From NCBI GenBank assembly GCA_028865305.1, contig JAGWKM010000003.1:4820-68819 (forward strand): a DNA stretch of 64,000 nt. Direction: 5' to 3'. The notes under the pieces were generated by a model that saw nothing but the letters and a program-made list of their open reading frames with translations, had not been told where the DNA came from and searched no databases. How positions within the stretch are numbered: position 1 is the first letter of the stretch; every line of letters begins with the position of its first letter. Of this stretch, positions 1-9,788 are shown in pieces. The translations under genes and the position numbers were made by a program. This stretch comes from Patescibacteria group bacterium (lineage in GTDB: Bacteria; Patescibacteriota; Minisyncoccia; UBA6257; 2-01-FULL-56-20).

Positions 1-3000
1 CCGATCAGCTTATCGTCTTATAAAGTGTTCGTTCAACCGTTCCAACCAAACTGGCTTTCGACGCAGCAGCTGATCAGCGCCGCTTCTTCATTGGTGGCGG
101 CTGGTTCCACGGCGACCCTTACGGTCCCGGTGGCAAGCTGCTTGACGCAAGTTGATGCCTGGTATGGTACGGCTCCGACGACTTTGCTCGACAGCAATCC
201 TTACCAGTATCCGAATGTGCCGTTTGTGATCTCTGCCGCGTTTACCCAGGCGCCGCTTTGCAGCAATCCGACGCCGACTTCGACGCCGCCGATCGCGAAT
301 ATCTCCGTCGAAAAGACGGTTGATAACGCGACACCGGATCAGGGCGACCTGATCAACTACGATATCACGGTCCGTTCATTCGGGCCGGCGACTTCGACTG
401 GGGTCACGGTGAGCGACCCGCTTCCGGCGGGATTGTCGCTTTTCGCCGTCCATACTTCCGTCGGCTCCTACTCGAGCTCGACGGGTATCTGGACGATCGG
501 CGATATGACCGCCCCTCGAGCCATTGAGTACCTGGAAATAGAAGCCAGGGTGACGGCGTCTCCGTGCACGACTGTTGCGAATACCGCGACGGTCAGCGAG
601 TCGCCGGACGAAGTGAATCAGGTTGGCATCGCAAATTCCACCGCGGCTATCACGGTGAACTGCGGCGGCCAGCCTGCCACGACAACGGCCGATCTCGCCA
701 TCGCGAAGACCGTTGATAATGCCAATCCCCACGAAGGGGATATGGTCCATTACACGCTGACGCTGACCGATTTCGGGCCGGCGTCCTCAACGGCTGCCTT
801 GGTGCATGACGCACTGCCGGCTGGCCTGACGTTCGTTTCCGCGGCTCCGTCGCAGGGAACGTATGTTTCAAGCACCGGCCAGTGGTATGTCGGGACGGTG
901 TTTCCGAACGCGACGGCCACCTTGGTTATTGCCGCGACGGTGAATGCCGGCACGGCAGGCCAGACGATCACGAACACTGCGATCGCGAGCGAGTCGAATT
1001 TCGACAATAATCCGTCGAATAACGCCTCATCGGTTTGTATCCTCGTGCAGGCAGGCGGTCCGCCGCCGACGCCGCACGCGGATCTCGCGGTCACGAAGGC
1101 AGTCGACCAGGCCAATCCGCACCATGGTGACACGATCCACTACGCCGTTACGGTAACCGACCTCGGGCCGGATGCCTCGACGGGCGCAGTGGCGACCGAC
1201 ACGCTGCCGGCGGGAGTGAGCTTCATTGCCGCCAGCACGTCGCTCGGCACTTATGCGAGTTCCACGGGTACGTGGACGATTGGCAGCCTCGGCGCAAGCT
1301 CCACGGCTACGCTCACCATCACGGCGAAGGTCACCGCTGCGGCGGGTTCTGTGATTACGAACACCGCGACGGTCGGCGGTTCTCCGAATGAGATCGACAA
1401 TTATCCGGGCAACAATACCGCGAGCGCGACCTTCACGGTCGCTTCCTGCGGCACCGGTTGCCAGAATATCGCCGATCTCGCCATCGCGAAGACCGTTGAT
1501 AATGCAACGCCTCGCCATGGCGACACGGTCCACTACCTGGTGACCGTGACGGATAACGGCCCTGCGACCTCAACGAATGTCACGGCGCACGATCTCTTGC
1601 CTTCGGGCTTGAGCTTCGTCTCCGCGAATCCTTCGGTCGGTTCCTATAACCTGAGTTCGGGCGAGTGGGATATCGGGAACGTCGGCACGAATGCCACGGC
1701 GACACTAGCCATCGCGGCTGTCGTTACGGCGGCGTCCGGCGCAACCGTCACGAATACCGCGACCGTCCAGGAATTGAGTTCGCTCGTTGATAACCCCGCG
1801 AACAATTCCTCCTCGGTTTCGATTGTCGTACAGCCTTCCGGCTGTCAAACGAATTGCGGCGGAGGACCAGCCGCCGATCTCGCTATCGCGAAATCGGTTG
1901 ACAACGCGGTGCCCCACGAAGGCGATACGGTTGCCTATACGGTTTCCGTAACCGATCAAGGTCCTGATGCGTCGACCAATGTTATCGCGAATGACCTCTT
2001 GCCTTCGGGCTTGAGTTTCGTATCGGCGACAACGTCCGTCGGCACATACGCAACCTCGACCGGCGCATGGACGATCGGCACGCTTATGCCGAACGCGACG
2101 GCCACCTTGGTCATTGCCGCGACGGTGAATGCCGGCACGGCAGGCCAGACGATCACGAACACTGCGACTGTCCAAGAATCGAATTCGATCGCGGATAACA
2201 ATCTCGCGAACAATTCTTCTTCGGTCTCGATCGCCGTGGTTCCGTCCGGAGTGGCTACTTCCACGGCTAACCTTTCAGTCGTGAAGACGGTCGATAACGC
2301 GAATCCGCAGCAAAATGCCGTGGTCCATTACACGATTACGGCAACCGCTTCGGGTCCCGCGACCTCGACCGGCGTCGTTGCGACGGATACCTGGCCTTCG
2401 GGCTTGGTATTCCTCAGCGCGACCACGACCCAGGGTTCCTACGCCAGTTCGACCGGTACCTGGAACGTCGGTGACATGACGGCGGCTTCAACGGCAACGT
2501 TGACGATCGCGGCCCAAGTCACGGCGAATCCCGGCACTGCGATTACGAATTTGGTTCTGATCGGCGAATCGACGAGCACCGTGAATCCAAACCCCAACAC
2601 CTCATCGACGGTGACGATCACCGTTGCCCAGCCGCCTTGCACCAGTAATTGCGGCGGTGGAGGAGGCGGTGGCGGTGGTGGAGGTGGCGGAGGAGGAGGC
2701 GGTGGCGGTGGTCCGCAATTTACGATCGCCATCAACAATGGAGCAAGCTCCACTTGTGATACCAATGCCACGCTTCAGCTTTACGCTACGGGCGCTTTCA
2801 CCATGCAGGTGTCAAACGATCCGAACTTCGCGTCTTCGAGCTCTTCCGGTTGGGTCCCTTATGCGACCACCATGTCGTGGACTTTAACCCCGGGAGCGGG
2901 AGCGAAGACGGTGTATGCGCGGTTCCGCGACGTGGGAGGCAACTCCATCGGCAGCGCGCAGGCGACCATCAATTTGCTTGCAAGCTGCTTCGTCCAATCG

Positions 3001-3381
3001 GGCACGCCGACTTCGACCGGCCAGGTCTTGGGTGCGCAGACAAGCTGCGGCCTCTACCTCGCCTCGTTTATCCATCCGGACCGGAAATACCTGAACATCC
3101 CGAGCGACGTCATGAAACTGCAGACCTTCCTCAATCAAAACCTGGGGACGACTCTGCCGATCACGGGCTACTATGGCTCCATGACCATCGCGGCGGTGAA
3201 CCAGTTCCAGCAAAAGTATTTCCCGACCGTACTTGCCCCGTGGGTTCCCTACGGACTGCCGAATTCAACTGATCCGACCGGCTATGTCTACATTACGACC
3301 CGCCGCTGGATCAATATGCTGGCCTGTCCGCAGCTGGACCTCCCGATCCCGACTCTGGTAGTCGATCAGGGCGGTAAGTAA
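1..3381 (+). CDS. Large surface protein with about six DUF11-like repeats, poly-Gly linker and C-terminal peptidoglycan-binding-like domain; 5' end probably outside the window
   Basis: Frame is open from base 1. Repeats of ADLAIAKTVDNA.P..GD.V.Y....T..GP; Gly20 at 2653-2712; C-terminal DVMKLQTFLN...TGYYGSMTIAAVNQFQQKY. Confidence 0.85.
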   Translation, partial: PISLSSYKVFVQPFQPNWLSTQQLISAASSLVAAGSTATLTVPVASCLTQVDAWYGTAPTTLLDSNPYQYPNVPFVISAAFTQAPLCSNPTPTSTPPIANISVEKTVDNATPDQGDLINYDITVRSFGPATSTGVTVSDPLPAGLSLFAVHTSVGSYSSSTGIWTIGDMTAPRAIEYLEIEARVTASPCTTVANTATVSESPDEVNQVGIANSTAAITVNCGGQPATTTADLAIAKTVDNANPHEGDMVHYTLTLTDFGPASSTAALVHDALPAGLTFVSAAPSQGTYVSSTGQWYVGTVFPNATATLVIAATVNAGTAGQTITNTAIASESNFDNNPSNNASSVCILVQAGGPPPTPHADLAVTKAVDQANPHHGDTIHYAVTVTDLGPDASTGAVATDTLPAGVSFIAASTSLGTYASSTGTWTIGSLGASSTATLTITAKVTAAAGSVITNTATVGGSPNEIDNYPGNNTASATFTVASCGTGCQNIADLAIAKTVDNATPRHGDTVHYLVTVTDNGPATSTNVTAHDLLPSGLSFVSANPSVGSYNLSSGEWDIGNVGTNATATLAIAAVVTAASGATVTNTATVQELSSLVDNPANNSSSVSIVVQPSGCQTNCGGGPAADLAIAKSVDNAVPHEGDTVAYTVSVTDQGPDASTNVIANDLLPSGLSFVSATTSVGTYATSTGAWTIGTLMPNATATLVIAATVNAGTAGQTITNTATVQESNSIADNNLANNSSSVSIAVVPSGVATSTANLSVVKTVDNANPQQNAVVHYTITATASGPATSTGVVATDTWPSGLVFLSATTTQGSYASSTGTWNVGDMTAASTATLTIAAQVTANPGTAITNLVLIGESTSTVNPNPNTSSTVTITVAQPPCTSNCGGGGGGGGGGGGGGGGGGGGPQFTIAINNGASSTCDTNATLQLYATGAFTMQVSNDPNFASSSSSGWVPYATTMSWTLTPGAGAKTVYARFRDVGGNSIGSAQATINLLASCFVQSGTPTSTGQVLGAQTSCGLYLASFIHPDRKYLNIPSDVMKLQTFLNQNLGTTLPITGYYGSMTIAAVNQFQQKYFPTVLAPWVPYGLPNSTDPTGYVYITTRRWINMLACPQLDLPIPTLVVDQGGK

Positions 3382-3384
3382 GAT

Positions 3385-3414
3385 ATTCAAAAACCCCGAA
3401 AGGGGTTTTTGAAT
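3385..3414. terminator. Intrinsic terminator-like hairpin
   Basis: ATTCAAAAACCCC-GAAA-GGGGTTTTTGAAT directly after the stop codon. Confidence 0.8.
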
Positions 3415-3533
3415 TTAACGAAAACGGCCGCGCGCGGCCGGTCTCTTTGTTATAACGAATCGGCCCGCCGGAATCTGAAAATATTTGCCATTTTCGATTA
3501 ATTAACCTTATACTCAAATAAGCAGGAGGCATC

Positions 3534-3848
3534 ATGCGATTCTTGACGTTCGGCCGGCGACCCCGGCTGGCGGGCAAAAAGGTGCAATTACTGAACGGAG
3601 AAATAATAAGGTTTTCGCTCGAAGATCTTGCGAACCCCGAGTTACAGGCCGGATTACAAGCCGGCAACGAAGGCCGCGGCGGGCACACGGAGGGAGATCG
3701 CTGGGATTCGCCGGCTTTCCAGCTTGGCTGGTGGCTGTACCTGTTTTGCGAAGGAAGGGTTTCGATTATTCCTTTCACAGGGAAAGACGTCCGCGCAGCG
3801 CTCGAGCAGTCCGGCATCCATCATTGCGGGTTGCGCGTGAAGGCATAA
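3534..3848 (+). CDS. Hypothetical protein
   Basis: 104-aa ORF with AGGAGG Shine-Dalgarno; fills the gap. Confidence 0.55.
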   Translation: MRFLTFGRRPRLAGKKVQLLNGEIIRFSLEDLANPELQAGLQAGNEGRGGHTEGDRWDSPAFQLGWWLYLFCEGRVSIIPFTGKDVRAALEQSGIHHCGLRVKA

Positions 3849-3882
3849 ATTTATCAATCGAGAGGCCTTGGGCCTCTTTTTT

Positions 3883-4389
3883 ATGAAGTTAACCGTCATC
3901 TTGCACAATATCCGCAGCGTCCATAATGTCGGTTCTATTTTCCGCACGGCGGACGGCGTCCGCGCGGAGAAAATTTATTTATGCGGCATCACGCCGACGC
4001 CGCTCGGCCGGTTCGGTAACATCCGCCCCGATTTGGCAAAAGTAGCGCTCGGTGCGGAACGCTCCGTGCCGTGGGAATATGCGAAGAGCACCATGGCGGC
4101 AGTCAAAAAATTAAAAAAAGAAGGTTATAGGATTTTTGCGCTCGAGCAGGCGGCCGGCTCGGTAGACATAGGGTCGTCCGCTCTCCGGATCCCGCTCTCC
4201 GGCTCCTGTCTCATCCTCGGCGACGAGATCCGCGGCCTGCCGCCGTCCATTTTGAAATTGGCGGATCGGATTCTTGAAATTCCCATGCGCGGCAGGAAGG
4301 AGTCGCTGAATGTTTCGGTTGCGTTCGGCATTGCAGCGTACGCATTCCTCAAAAAAGATGAACAAGCTAAAAACGGCAAAGGTCATTAA
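3883..4389 (+). CDS. SpoU/TrmH-family RNA methyltransferase
   Basis: LHNIRSVHNVGSIFRTADG, LGDEIRGL, IPMRGRKESLNVSVA (SPOUT motifs). Confidence 0.9.
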   Translation: MKLTVILHNIRSVHNVGSIFRTADGVRAEKIYLCGITPTPLGRFGNIRPDLAKVALGAERSVPWEYAKSTMAAVKKLKKEGYRIFALEQAAGSVDIGSSALRIPLSGSCLILGDEIRGLPPSILKLADRILEIPMRGRKESLNVSVAFGIAAYAFLKKDEQAKNGKGH

Positions 4390-4963
4390 AGCGCTCCGGG
4401 AAGGCGGGATGGGCGTAATGCCGACCGACACCATTTATGGCCTTGTGGGGTCGGCGCTCAACAAAAGGACGGTATACCGGCTGATCCGGCTGCGGCGCCG
4501 CGACTTAAAGAAACCATTCATCATCCTCATCTCTTCCGTGGGCGATCTGGAGTTATTTGATATAACTCCCGGCCGAAGGACGCAGGCATTACTCAAAATG
4601 TGGTGGCCGGGGAAGGTGAGCGTGATCATGCCGCTTAAAAGGGATCAGGGAATCAGGAGGGCATTCGCTTATTTGCACCGCGGGACCAACCGGTTGGCTT
4701 TTCGGTTGCCGAAGCCGGCATGGCTTAGGAATTTATTAAGTGAGACCGGACCGCTCGTTGCACCAAGCGCGAACCTGCCGGATAAGCCGGCGGTGAGGAC
4801 GGTGCGCGAGGCAAAAAAATATTTCGGGAATCGCGTCGATTTCTACTGGGACGCCGGCAAATTAGAGCGGAAACCTTCCGCGCTGGTTCGGATCGATGGG
4901 CGGGGCGTTACAGTCCTGCGTCCCGGAGCCGCGGCGGGAATCTCCGTATTAAAAAATCATTAA
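4358..4963 (+). CDS. tsaC: L-threonylcarbamoyladenylate synthase (TsaC/Sua5/YrdC)
   Basis: PTDTIYGL, WPGKVS, LAFRLP, PLVAPSANL. Confidence 0.9.
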   Translation: MNKLKTAKVIKALREGGMGVMPTDTIYGLVGSALNKRTVYRLIRLRRRDLKKPFIILISSVGDLELFDITPGRRTQALLKMWWPGKVSVIMPLKRDQGIRRAFAYLHRGTNRLAFRLPKPAWLRNLLSETGPLVAPSANLPDKPAVRTVREAKKYFGNRVDFYWDAGKLERKPSALVRIDGRGVTVLRPGAAAGISVLKNH

Positions 4964-5047
4964 AAAAACAACCGCTTCATTGCGATCGCGCAATAAGCGG
5001 ACATTTTTGAATATGGTAGAATATTCATAATTCTTTATTTTTTTCTC

Positions 5048-5524
5048 ATGAAATCCATGCCAGTCATCATTTTCCTCTCGGCGGCGCTTGTGGTCCTCGT
5101 ACTGCTCTACCTGGGCTACCTTTTCTTTTTTCCGCACGTGAACCCGCCTCTTGTACAAAACGCGGTGATCATCGGGGACAATACGTTCGACGTGGAGATC
5201 GCTTCGACGACCATGGAAAAGACGCTGGGGCTTTCGGGGCGCAACGGGCTCGGCGCAAACCAGGGGATGCTTTTCATTTTCAGCGATCCGGGAGTGCAGC
5301 ACTTCTGGATGAAGGATATGAAGTTTTCGATTGACATTATCTGGATCTCGGATGACCGGGTGGCGGGGTTTGTGCAGAATGCGGCGCCGGAACCCGGCGT
5401 GCCGCTCTGGAACCTGCAGATCTATAATTCGCCGGATTCCGTGGATAAGGTGCTGGAAGTGGATGCGGGGACAGTGGCAAAAGACAACATCAAAATAGGG
5501 GACAGCGTGAGCGTGCGGAGTTGA
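5048..5524 (+). CDS. DUF192-family protein
   Basis: N-terminal TM; VEIA...GLSGR...GMLFIF...FWMKDMKFSIDIIW...VLEV. Confidence 0.85.
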   Translation: MKSMPVIIFLSAALVVLVLLYLGYLFFFPHVNPPLVQNAVIIGDNTFDVEIASTTMEKTLGLSGRNGLGANQGMLFIFSDPGVQHFWMKDMKFSIDIIWISDDRVAGFVQNAAPEPGVPLWNLQIYNSPDSVDKVLEVDAGTVAKDNIKIGDSVSVRS

Positions 5525-5591
5525 TCATTGGCCTTTTCGTCGGGGCAAGGGGAAATTGAGAAAAAGGAGTCGGAAAGAGTATAATGAAGGT

Positions 5592-6560
5592 ATGCTCCTC
5601 GATGACATCAAAAACTACGCCAAGCAGTTTGAATATGAACCGCTGGTCGAGAACGGGGCAAAACTGAAGAAATTCGGGAAATTTGTGGTCTGCGGGATGG
5701 GCGGATCGCACCTCGCGGCGGATATCCTGAAGGCCTGGCATCCGGAGGCGGATATCATCATCTGGCCGGGGTATGGTTTGCCGCGGCTGCACGACAAGGA
5801 CCTGAAGGAACGGTTGGTGATCGTAAGTTCCTATTCCGGCACGACGGAGGAGGCGATTGACGCTTTCGGCGCGGCCCGGGCGAAACATCTGGCGGTTGCG
5901 GTGATTGCCGCGCGCGGGAAGCTCATTAACCTGGCGCAGAAATTCAAAGTGCCCTACGTGCAGATGCCGGATTTCCACATGCAGCCGCGCATGGCGACCG
6001 GCTTGAGTTTGAAGGCATTACTCGCCGTGATGGGTGAAAAGGCCTGGCTTGCGGAAGCCAAGACGCTTGCAACGCAGCTCCATCCGGCGCGTGAAGAGCG
6101 GCGCGGGAAGGATCTTGCGAAGCGGCTTTTCGGCAGCGTGCCCGTCATTTACGCTTCAATGAAAAATGCGGCCATTGCGCACAACTGGAAAATCAAATTC
6201 AACGAAACCGGCAAAATCCCGGCGTTCGACAATTTCCTCTCGGAGATGAACCATAACGAGATGACCGGGTTTGATGCCAAGATGCGGACCGCGCCCTTGT
6301 CGCGCCATTTCCACTTCGTGTTCCTGAAGGATGGCATGGACGACCGGCGCATCACGAAACGGTTCGGCGTGCTCGAGCACTTGCTCCACGACCGCGGCTT
6401 CAAGGTGGAAATCGTGCTCCTCGAGGGAAAGACCGAGCTCCATAAGATTTTCAACGCGCTCGTTTTCGCCGACTGGACGGCGTACCATACGGCGAAGCTC
6501 TACGGCGTGGAAGCGGAGCAGGTGCCGATGGTGGAGGAGTTCAAGAAATCGATCGGCTAA
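5592..6560 (+). CDS. Bifunctional phosphoglucose/phosphomannose isomerase (SIS domain)
   Basis: CGMGGS, SSYSGTTEE, QPRMA, WKIKFNETGK, SEMNHNE. Confidence 0.9.
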   Translation: MLLDDIKNYAKQFEYEPLVENGAKLKKFGKFVVCGMGGSHLAADILKAWHPEADIIIWPGYGLPRLHDKDLKERLVIVSSYSGTTEEAIDAFGAARAKHLAVAVIAARGKLINLAQKFKVPYVQMPDFHMQPRMATGLSLKALLAVMGEKAWLAEAKTLATQLHPAREERRGKDLAKRLFGSVPVIYASMKNAAIAHNWKIKFNETGKIPAFDNFLSEMNHNEMTGFDAKMRTAPLSRHFHFVFLKDGMDDRRITKRFGVLEHLLHDRGFKVEIVLLEGKTELHKIFNALVFADWTAYHTAKLYGVEAEQVPMVEEFKKSIG

Positions 6561-6575
6561 CCGTTCCTATACGTT

Positions 6576-7337
6576 ATGTCTGAATATTATAACCCGCACC
6601 GGGTTAAAAACTTGTTCAATCCGAAAAGCGAAGAGCCGTTCGTGGTGAGCCGGTCGGGCATCGATCTTTTTGTGCGCTGTCCGCGGTGCTTTTATATTGA
6701 TAAACGATTAGGTACGGCAAATCCTCCGGGTTTTCCTTTCAGTTTGAACTCGGCCGTTGACGCGCTGCTCAAGAAAGAATTCGATGCGCATCGCGCAAAG
6801 GGGCTTGCGCATCCGCTGATGAAGGCCTATGGCATTGAGGCGATTCCTTTCGCGCACCAAGAGCTCGACGCATGGCGGGATTCGCTCCGGCGCGGCATCA
6901 AATATCTCCATGAACCGACCAACCTCATGATCCGCGGCGGCGTCGATGATGTTTGGGTAAGTCCGGACGGCGAGCTCATCATCGCTGATTACAAGGCGAC
7001 CTCGAAAAACAAAGAAGTGACGCTTGATGCGGAATGGCAGGATGGCTACAAGCGGCAGATGGAAATTTACCAGTGGCTCTTCCGCAAGAACGGCTTCAAA
7101 GTTTCGGACACGGGCTATTTCGTCTATTGCAACGGCAACGCCGATAAAGAAGCGTTTGACGCAAAGTTGGAATTCGACATCAAATTGATTTCCTACAAAG
7201 GGAACGATGACTGGGTGGAGCAAACGATCTTTGATTTGCACGATTGCCTCATGTCGGAAACATTGCCGAAGCCCGGGGATGCCTGTGATTTTTGCGCATA
7301 TTACGATGCAAGAAAAGGATTGGAAGCCAAATTTTAA
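6576..7337 (+). CDS. PD-(D/E)XK nuclease-family protein (Cas4/AddB-like Cys motifs)
   Basis: CPRCFY, GGVDDVW...IIADYKAT, QMEIYQW, C-terminal CDFC. Confidence 0.8.
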   Translation: MSEYYNPHRVKNLFNPKSEEPFVVSRSGIDLFVRCPRCFYIDKRLGTANPPGFPFSLNSAVDALLKKEFDAHRAKGLAHPLMKAYGIEAIPFAHQELDAWRDSLRRGIKYLHEPTNLMIRGGVDDVWVSPDGELIIADYKATSKNKEVTLDAEWQDGYKRQMEIYQWLFRKNGFKVSDTGYFVYCNGNADKEAFDAKLEFDIKLISYKGNDDWVEQTIFDLHDCLMSETLPKPGDACDFCAYYDARKGLEAKF

Positions 7338-7707
7338 GAAGAAGATCGCCTGGACCAGCCACGCGCAGGCGAAAATGAAATTTTACAAGCTTTCCCGGCA
7401 GCGCGTGCTGCGCGTTTTGCACAGCCCGAAGAGGATCGAAGAGGGCGTCGCGCCGAAAACGGTTGCCGCAATGCAGCCCGCGTCGGTAAAAATGGCAAGA
7501 GTGCGCTCTTCGGGAGCGGCTCCGGAGGGGCGCCCAAGGGAAACCTGGAACCAGGAGCTCTGGGTTATGGTCGAAGATACGGCCAAAGAGAGGAAAATAA
7601 TAAGCGCCTGGAGGTATCCCGGCATGAGCAAGCCCCGAAGCGCCATAACGTTGGGCCATATGCGGCAGGAATTCGAAGAATACCAAAAGGGCGGCTTATC
7701 GGATTGA
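7306..7707 (+). CDS. Conserved hypothetical protein (DUF4258-like); start uncertain
   Basis: WTSHAQAKM...VLRVLHSPKRIEEG...ELWVM...IISAWRYPG. Confidence 0.6.
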   Translation: MQEKDWKPNFKKKIAWTSHAQAKMKFYKLSRQRVLRVLHSPKRIEEGVAPKTVAAMQPASVKMARVRSSGAAPEGRPRETWNQELWVMVEDTAKERKIISAWRYPGMSKPRSAITLGHMRQEFEEYQKGGLSD

Positions 7708-7739
7708 TTCCGGCGCTATCGCATTTCCGCCGCGAGCCC

Positions 7740-7768
7740 TTGCCAAAAGGTTTATAATTTTCTATACT
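7740..7768 (+). promoter_or_regulatory. Sigma70 promoter of leaderless rplY
   Basis: TTGCCA-17 nt-TATACT, then 7 nt to ATG 7776; no SD. Confidence 0.7.
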
Positions 7769-7775
7769 TTCTCCC

Positions 7776-8435
7776 ATGGACTTAGCGGTCAAAATGCGCG
7801 AAGGAGACGGCAAAAAAGCTTCCGCCCTGCGGCAGGAAGGTTTTATTCCGGCAGAACTCTACGGCCACGGGTTGAAGAACAAGCACCTGGCCGTTCCGGC
7901 GCGGGAGTTCAATAAAGTTTTCAAGGAAGCGGGAGAAAACACCGTGGTCACTTTGCATACCGGCGCGGAAAAGCATCCGGTTTTGATCTACGACGTGCAG
8001 CGCGACTTTTTGACGGGCGAAGTGGCGCACGTGGATTTTTACGCAGTGAAAATGGATGAGAAACTGAAGGCGAAGGTACCGCTCGAATTCACGGGCGAGG
8101 CGCCGGCCGTGCGCGAGAAGGGCGCAGTACTCAATAAATCGATGACGGAAATCGAAGTCGAGGCATTCCCGCAGGACCTGCCGCACCGGCTCGCGGTGGA
8201 CATTTCAGGGCTCGATGATTTTGGCAAGACCATTTACGTGAAGGATTTGGCGGTGCCGCGGGGCGTGGAAATTCTCGTGGAAGCGGAAACGGCCGTGATA
8301 ACCGCGACGGAGCCGATGAAGGAAGAGGAGGTGGCGGCGCCGGCGCCGGAAGCAGCCGTCGGCGAGGTGAAGGTGGAAACAGAGGAAAAGAAAGCCGAAA
8401 GGGCTGCCGAGAAGGAGGCAAAAGAAGAGAAGTGA
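7776..8435 (+). CDS. rplY: 50S ribosomal protein L25 (Ctc/TL5 type)
   Basis: LRQEGFIPAELYG, HVDFYAV, VPLEFTGEAPAV, LPHRLAVDIS. Confidence 0.95.
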   Translation: MDLAVKMREGDGKKASALRQEGFIPAELYGHGLKNKHLAVPAREFNKVFKEAGENTVVTLHTGAEKHPVLIYDVQRDFLTGEVAHVDFYAVKMDEKLKAKVPLEFTGEAPAVREKGAVLNKSMTEIEVEAFPQDLPHRLAVDISGLDDFGKTIYVKDLAVPRGVEILVEAETAVITATEPMKEEEVAAPAPEAAVGEVKVETEEKKAERAAEKEAKEEK

Positions 8436-8437
8436 TG

Positions 8438-8482
8438 AAAAACCGGCTCGAAGCGCCATCACGGCACTTCGGGCCGGTTTTT
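8438..8482 (+). terminator. Terminator hairpin after rplY
   Basis: AAAAACCGGCTCGAAG...CTTCGGGCCGGTTTTT. Confidence 0.7.
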
Positions 8483-8621
8483 ATAATCCGCGCGCGCGCG
8501 ATCTAGTAATCCATGTTTGTTGCGGGATTGAAATTCACTTCATGAAAGCGTAGCATTGAAGTAGATGATGGTCGATGGCATCGAAAAAGAAGCAATCGAA
8601 CAATTGGTTGCGAAACGCCAT

Positions 8622-8676
8622 ATGTCAAATATCTTGACATTTTATGCTTGACTTTCTGACACTACCGGATTATCAT
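8622..8676 (+). promoter_or_regulatory. Promoter and candidate operator of the TA operon
   Basis: Inverted repeat ATGTCAA-N5-TTGACAT (8622-8640); TTGACT-17-TATCAT (8648-8676), 7 nt before ATG. Confidence 0.6.
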
Positions 8677-8683
8677 TGAAGCA

Positions 8684-9370
8684 ATGAGTAAGGAACTCTC
8701 CAAAATCATCAGGAAAATCCGCACTGGAAAAGGATTTTCCCAGCTTGAAATTGCGCAAAAACTTGGCATTTCGCGGCCTTCTTATATTGCAATCGAGCAA
8801 GGGAAACGGGAATTGACCCTTAAGGAGGCGCAGGCGCTGGCGCAGATTTTTGGCATGGACTTGAAAGAAATGGAAAAAGGATTGGCCCCCAACAGTGAGA
8901 AATACAAGCAGATGATTCTCGCGTACCTACGGGAGGCGGTACCGGCAGATGGGAGGATTCCCAAAACGAAACTGGCAAAACTGCTTTACCTGGCGGATTT
9001 CGCCTGGTTTTACGACCATTTAGAGAGCATGAGCGGCATGCCGTATCGCAAGTTCCAGTATGGACCGGTGCCGGATATCTATTTCCGCGTGATCGATGAG
9101 CTCTTTGGCGAGGGAAAAATCAAAATAGAAAACACGGAAGACGGGGCAATGCTGATTTCGGAAACAAGAGGCGGACGCCGCGATGAACTTCCCGCATTAA
9201 ATGCGGAAGAAAAGGAATTGATCAGAAAAATATCGAAAAAATGGAAAAACAAGCGGACGCAGGAAATCGTGGCGTTCACCCATAAGCAGTTGCCCTACAT
9301 GGTTTCGCATGATGATGAGATTATCCCTTATGAGGTGATCACCCAGGAAAATCCCGAAGATGTCTATTGA
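8684..9370 (+). CDS. XRE-HTH fused to DUF4065 (Panacea/SocA-like) antitoxin
   Basis: SQLEIAQKLGISRPSYIAIEQG; KTKLAKLLYLADF...YGPVP...FTH. Confidence 0.85.
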   Translation: MSKELSKIIRKIRTGKGFSQLEIAQKLGISRPSYIAIEQGKRELTLKEAQALAQIFGMDLKEMEKGLAPNSEKYKQMILAYLREAVPADGRIPKTKLAKLLYLADFAWFYDHLESMSGMPYRKFQYGPVPDIYFRVIDELFGEGKIKIENTEDGAMLISETRGGRRDELPALNAEEKELIRKISKKWKNKRTQEIVAFTHKQLPYMVSHDDEIIPYEVITQENPEDVY

Positions 9371-9752
9371 TTATGCCGTCATCATTGAAAAATTTGCCGA
9401 GCGCCACTATATAAAACGGTTTCAAAAGAAGTATAAAGGGGCGTGGGACGCAACGGTACGGGCCCTCATGCAGGAGTTCCGTGTTTTTGATGCCCTATTT
9501 GAGAAAAGCATTGCGGAAACGATTACGGATCGGGGAAGCGCAAAGGTTTGCAAGACCGAGTTCAAGATCTCCGGCACGCAGGAATCCCGGCATGGATCCG
9601 GAAACCGTTGCATTGTGGCAATAGAGAAGGAAACACGGGTCGTCCGCGTCCTTTTGGTTTATCATAAAAATGATTTGGGAGGCGAGAATGAAACGGCGCA
9701 GTGGAAGCAAATAATCAAGGAAAATTATCCGGAATATCGGGAATTGCTTTAA
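9360..9752 (+). CDS. Putative toxin (RelE/ParE-like) of the TA pair
   Basis: Overlaps the antitoxin stop; basic 130 aa; SGNRCIV...VLLVYHKND resembles the RelE-like C-terminus. Confidence 0.55.
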   Translation: MSIDYAVIIEKFAERHYIKRFQKKYKGAWDATVRALMQEFRVFDALFEKSIAETITDRGSAKVCKTEFKISGTQESRHGSGNRCIVAIEKETRVVRVLLVYHKNDLGGENETAQWKQIIKENYPEYRELL

Positions 9753-9788
9753 CTTGGAATTTTGAAGCTCTGAACCTATGATGCGAAA

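Noticed and set aside
6576..7337. cas4 of a CRISPR system
   Set aside because: Solo PD-(D/E)XK nuclease without cas1, cas2 or an array.
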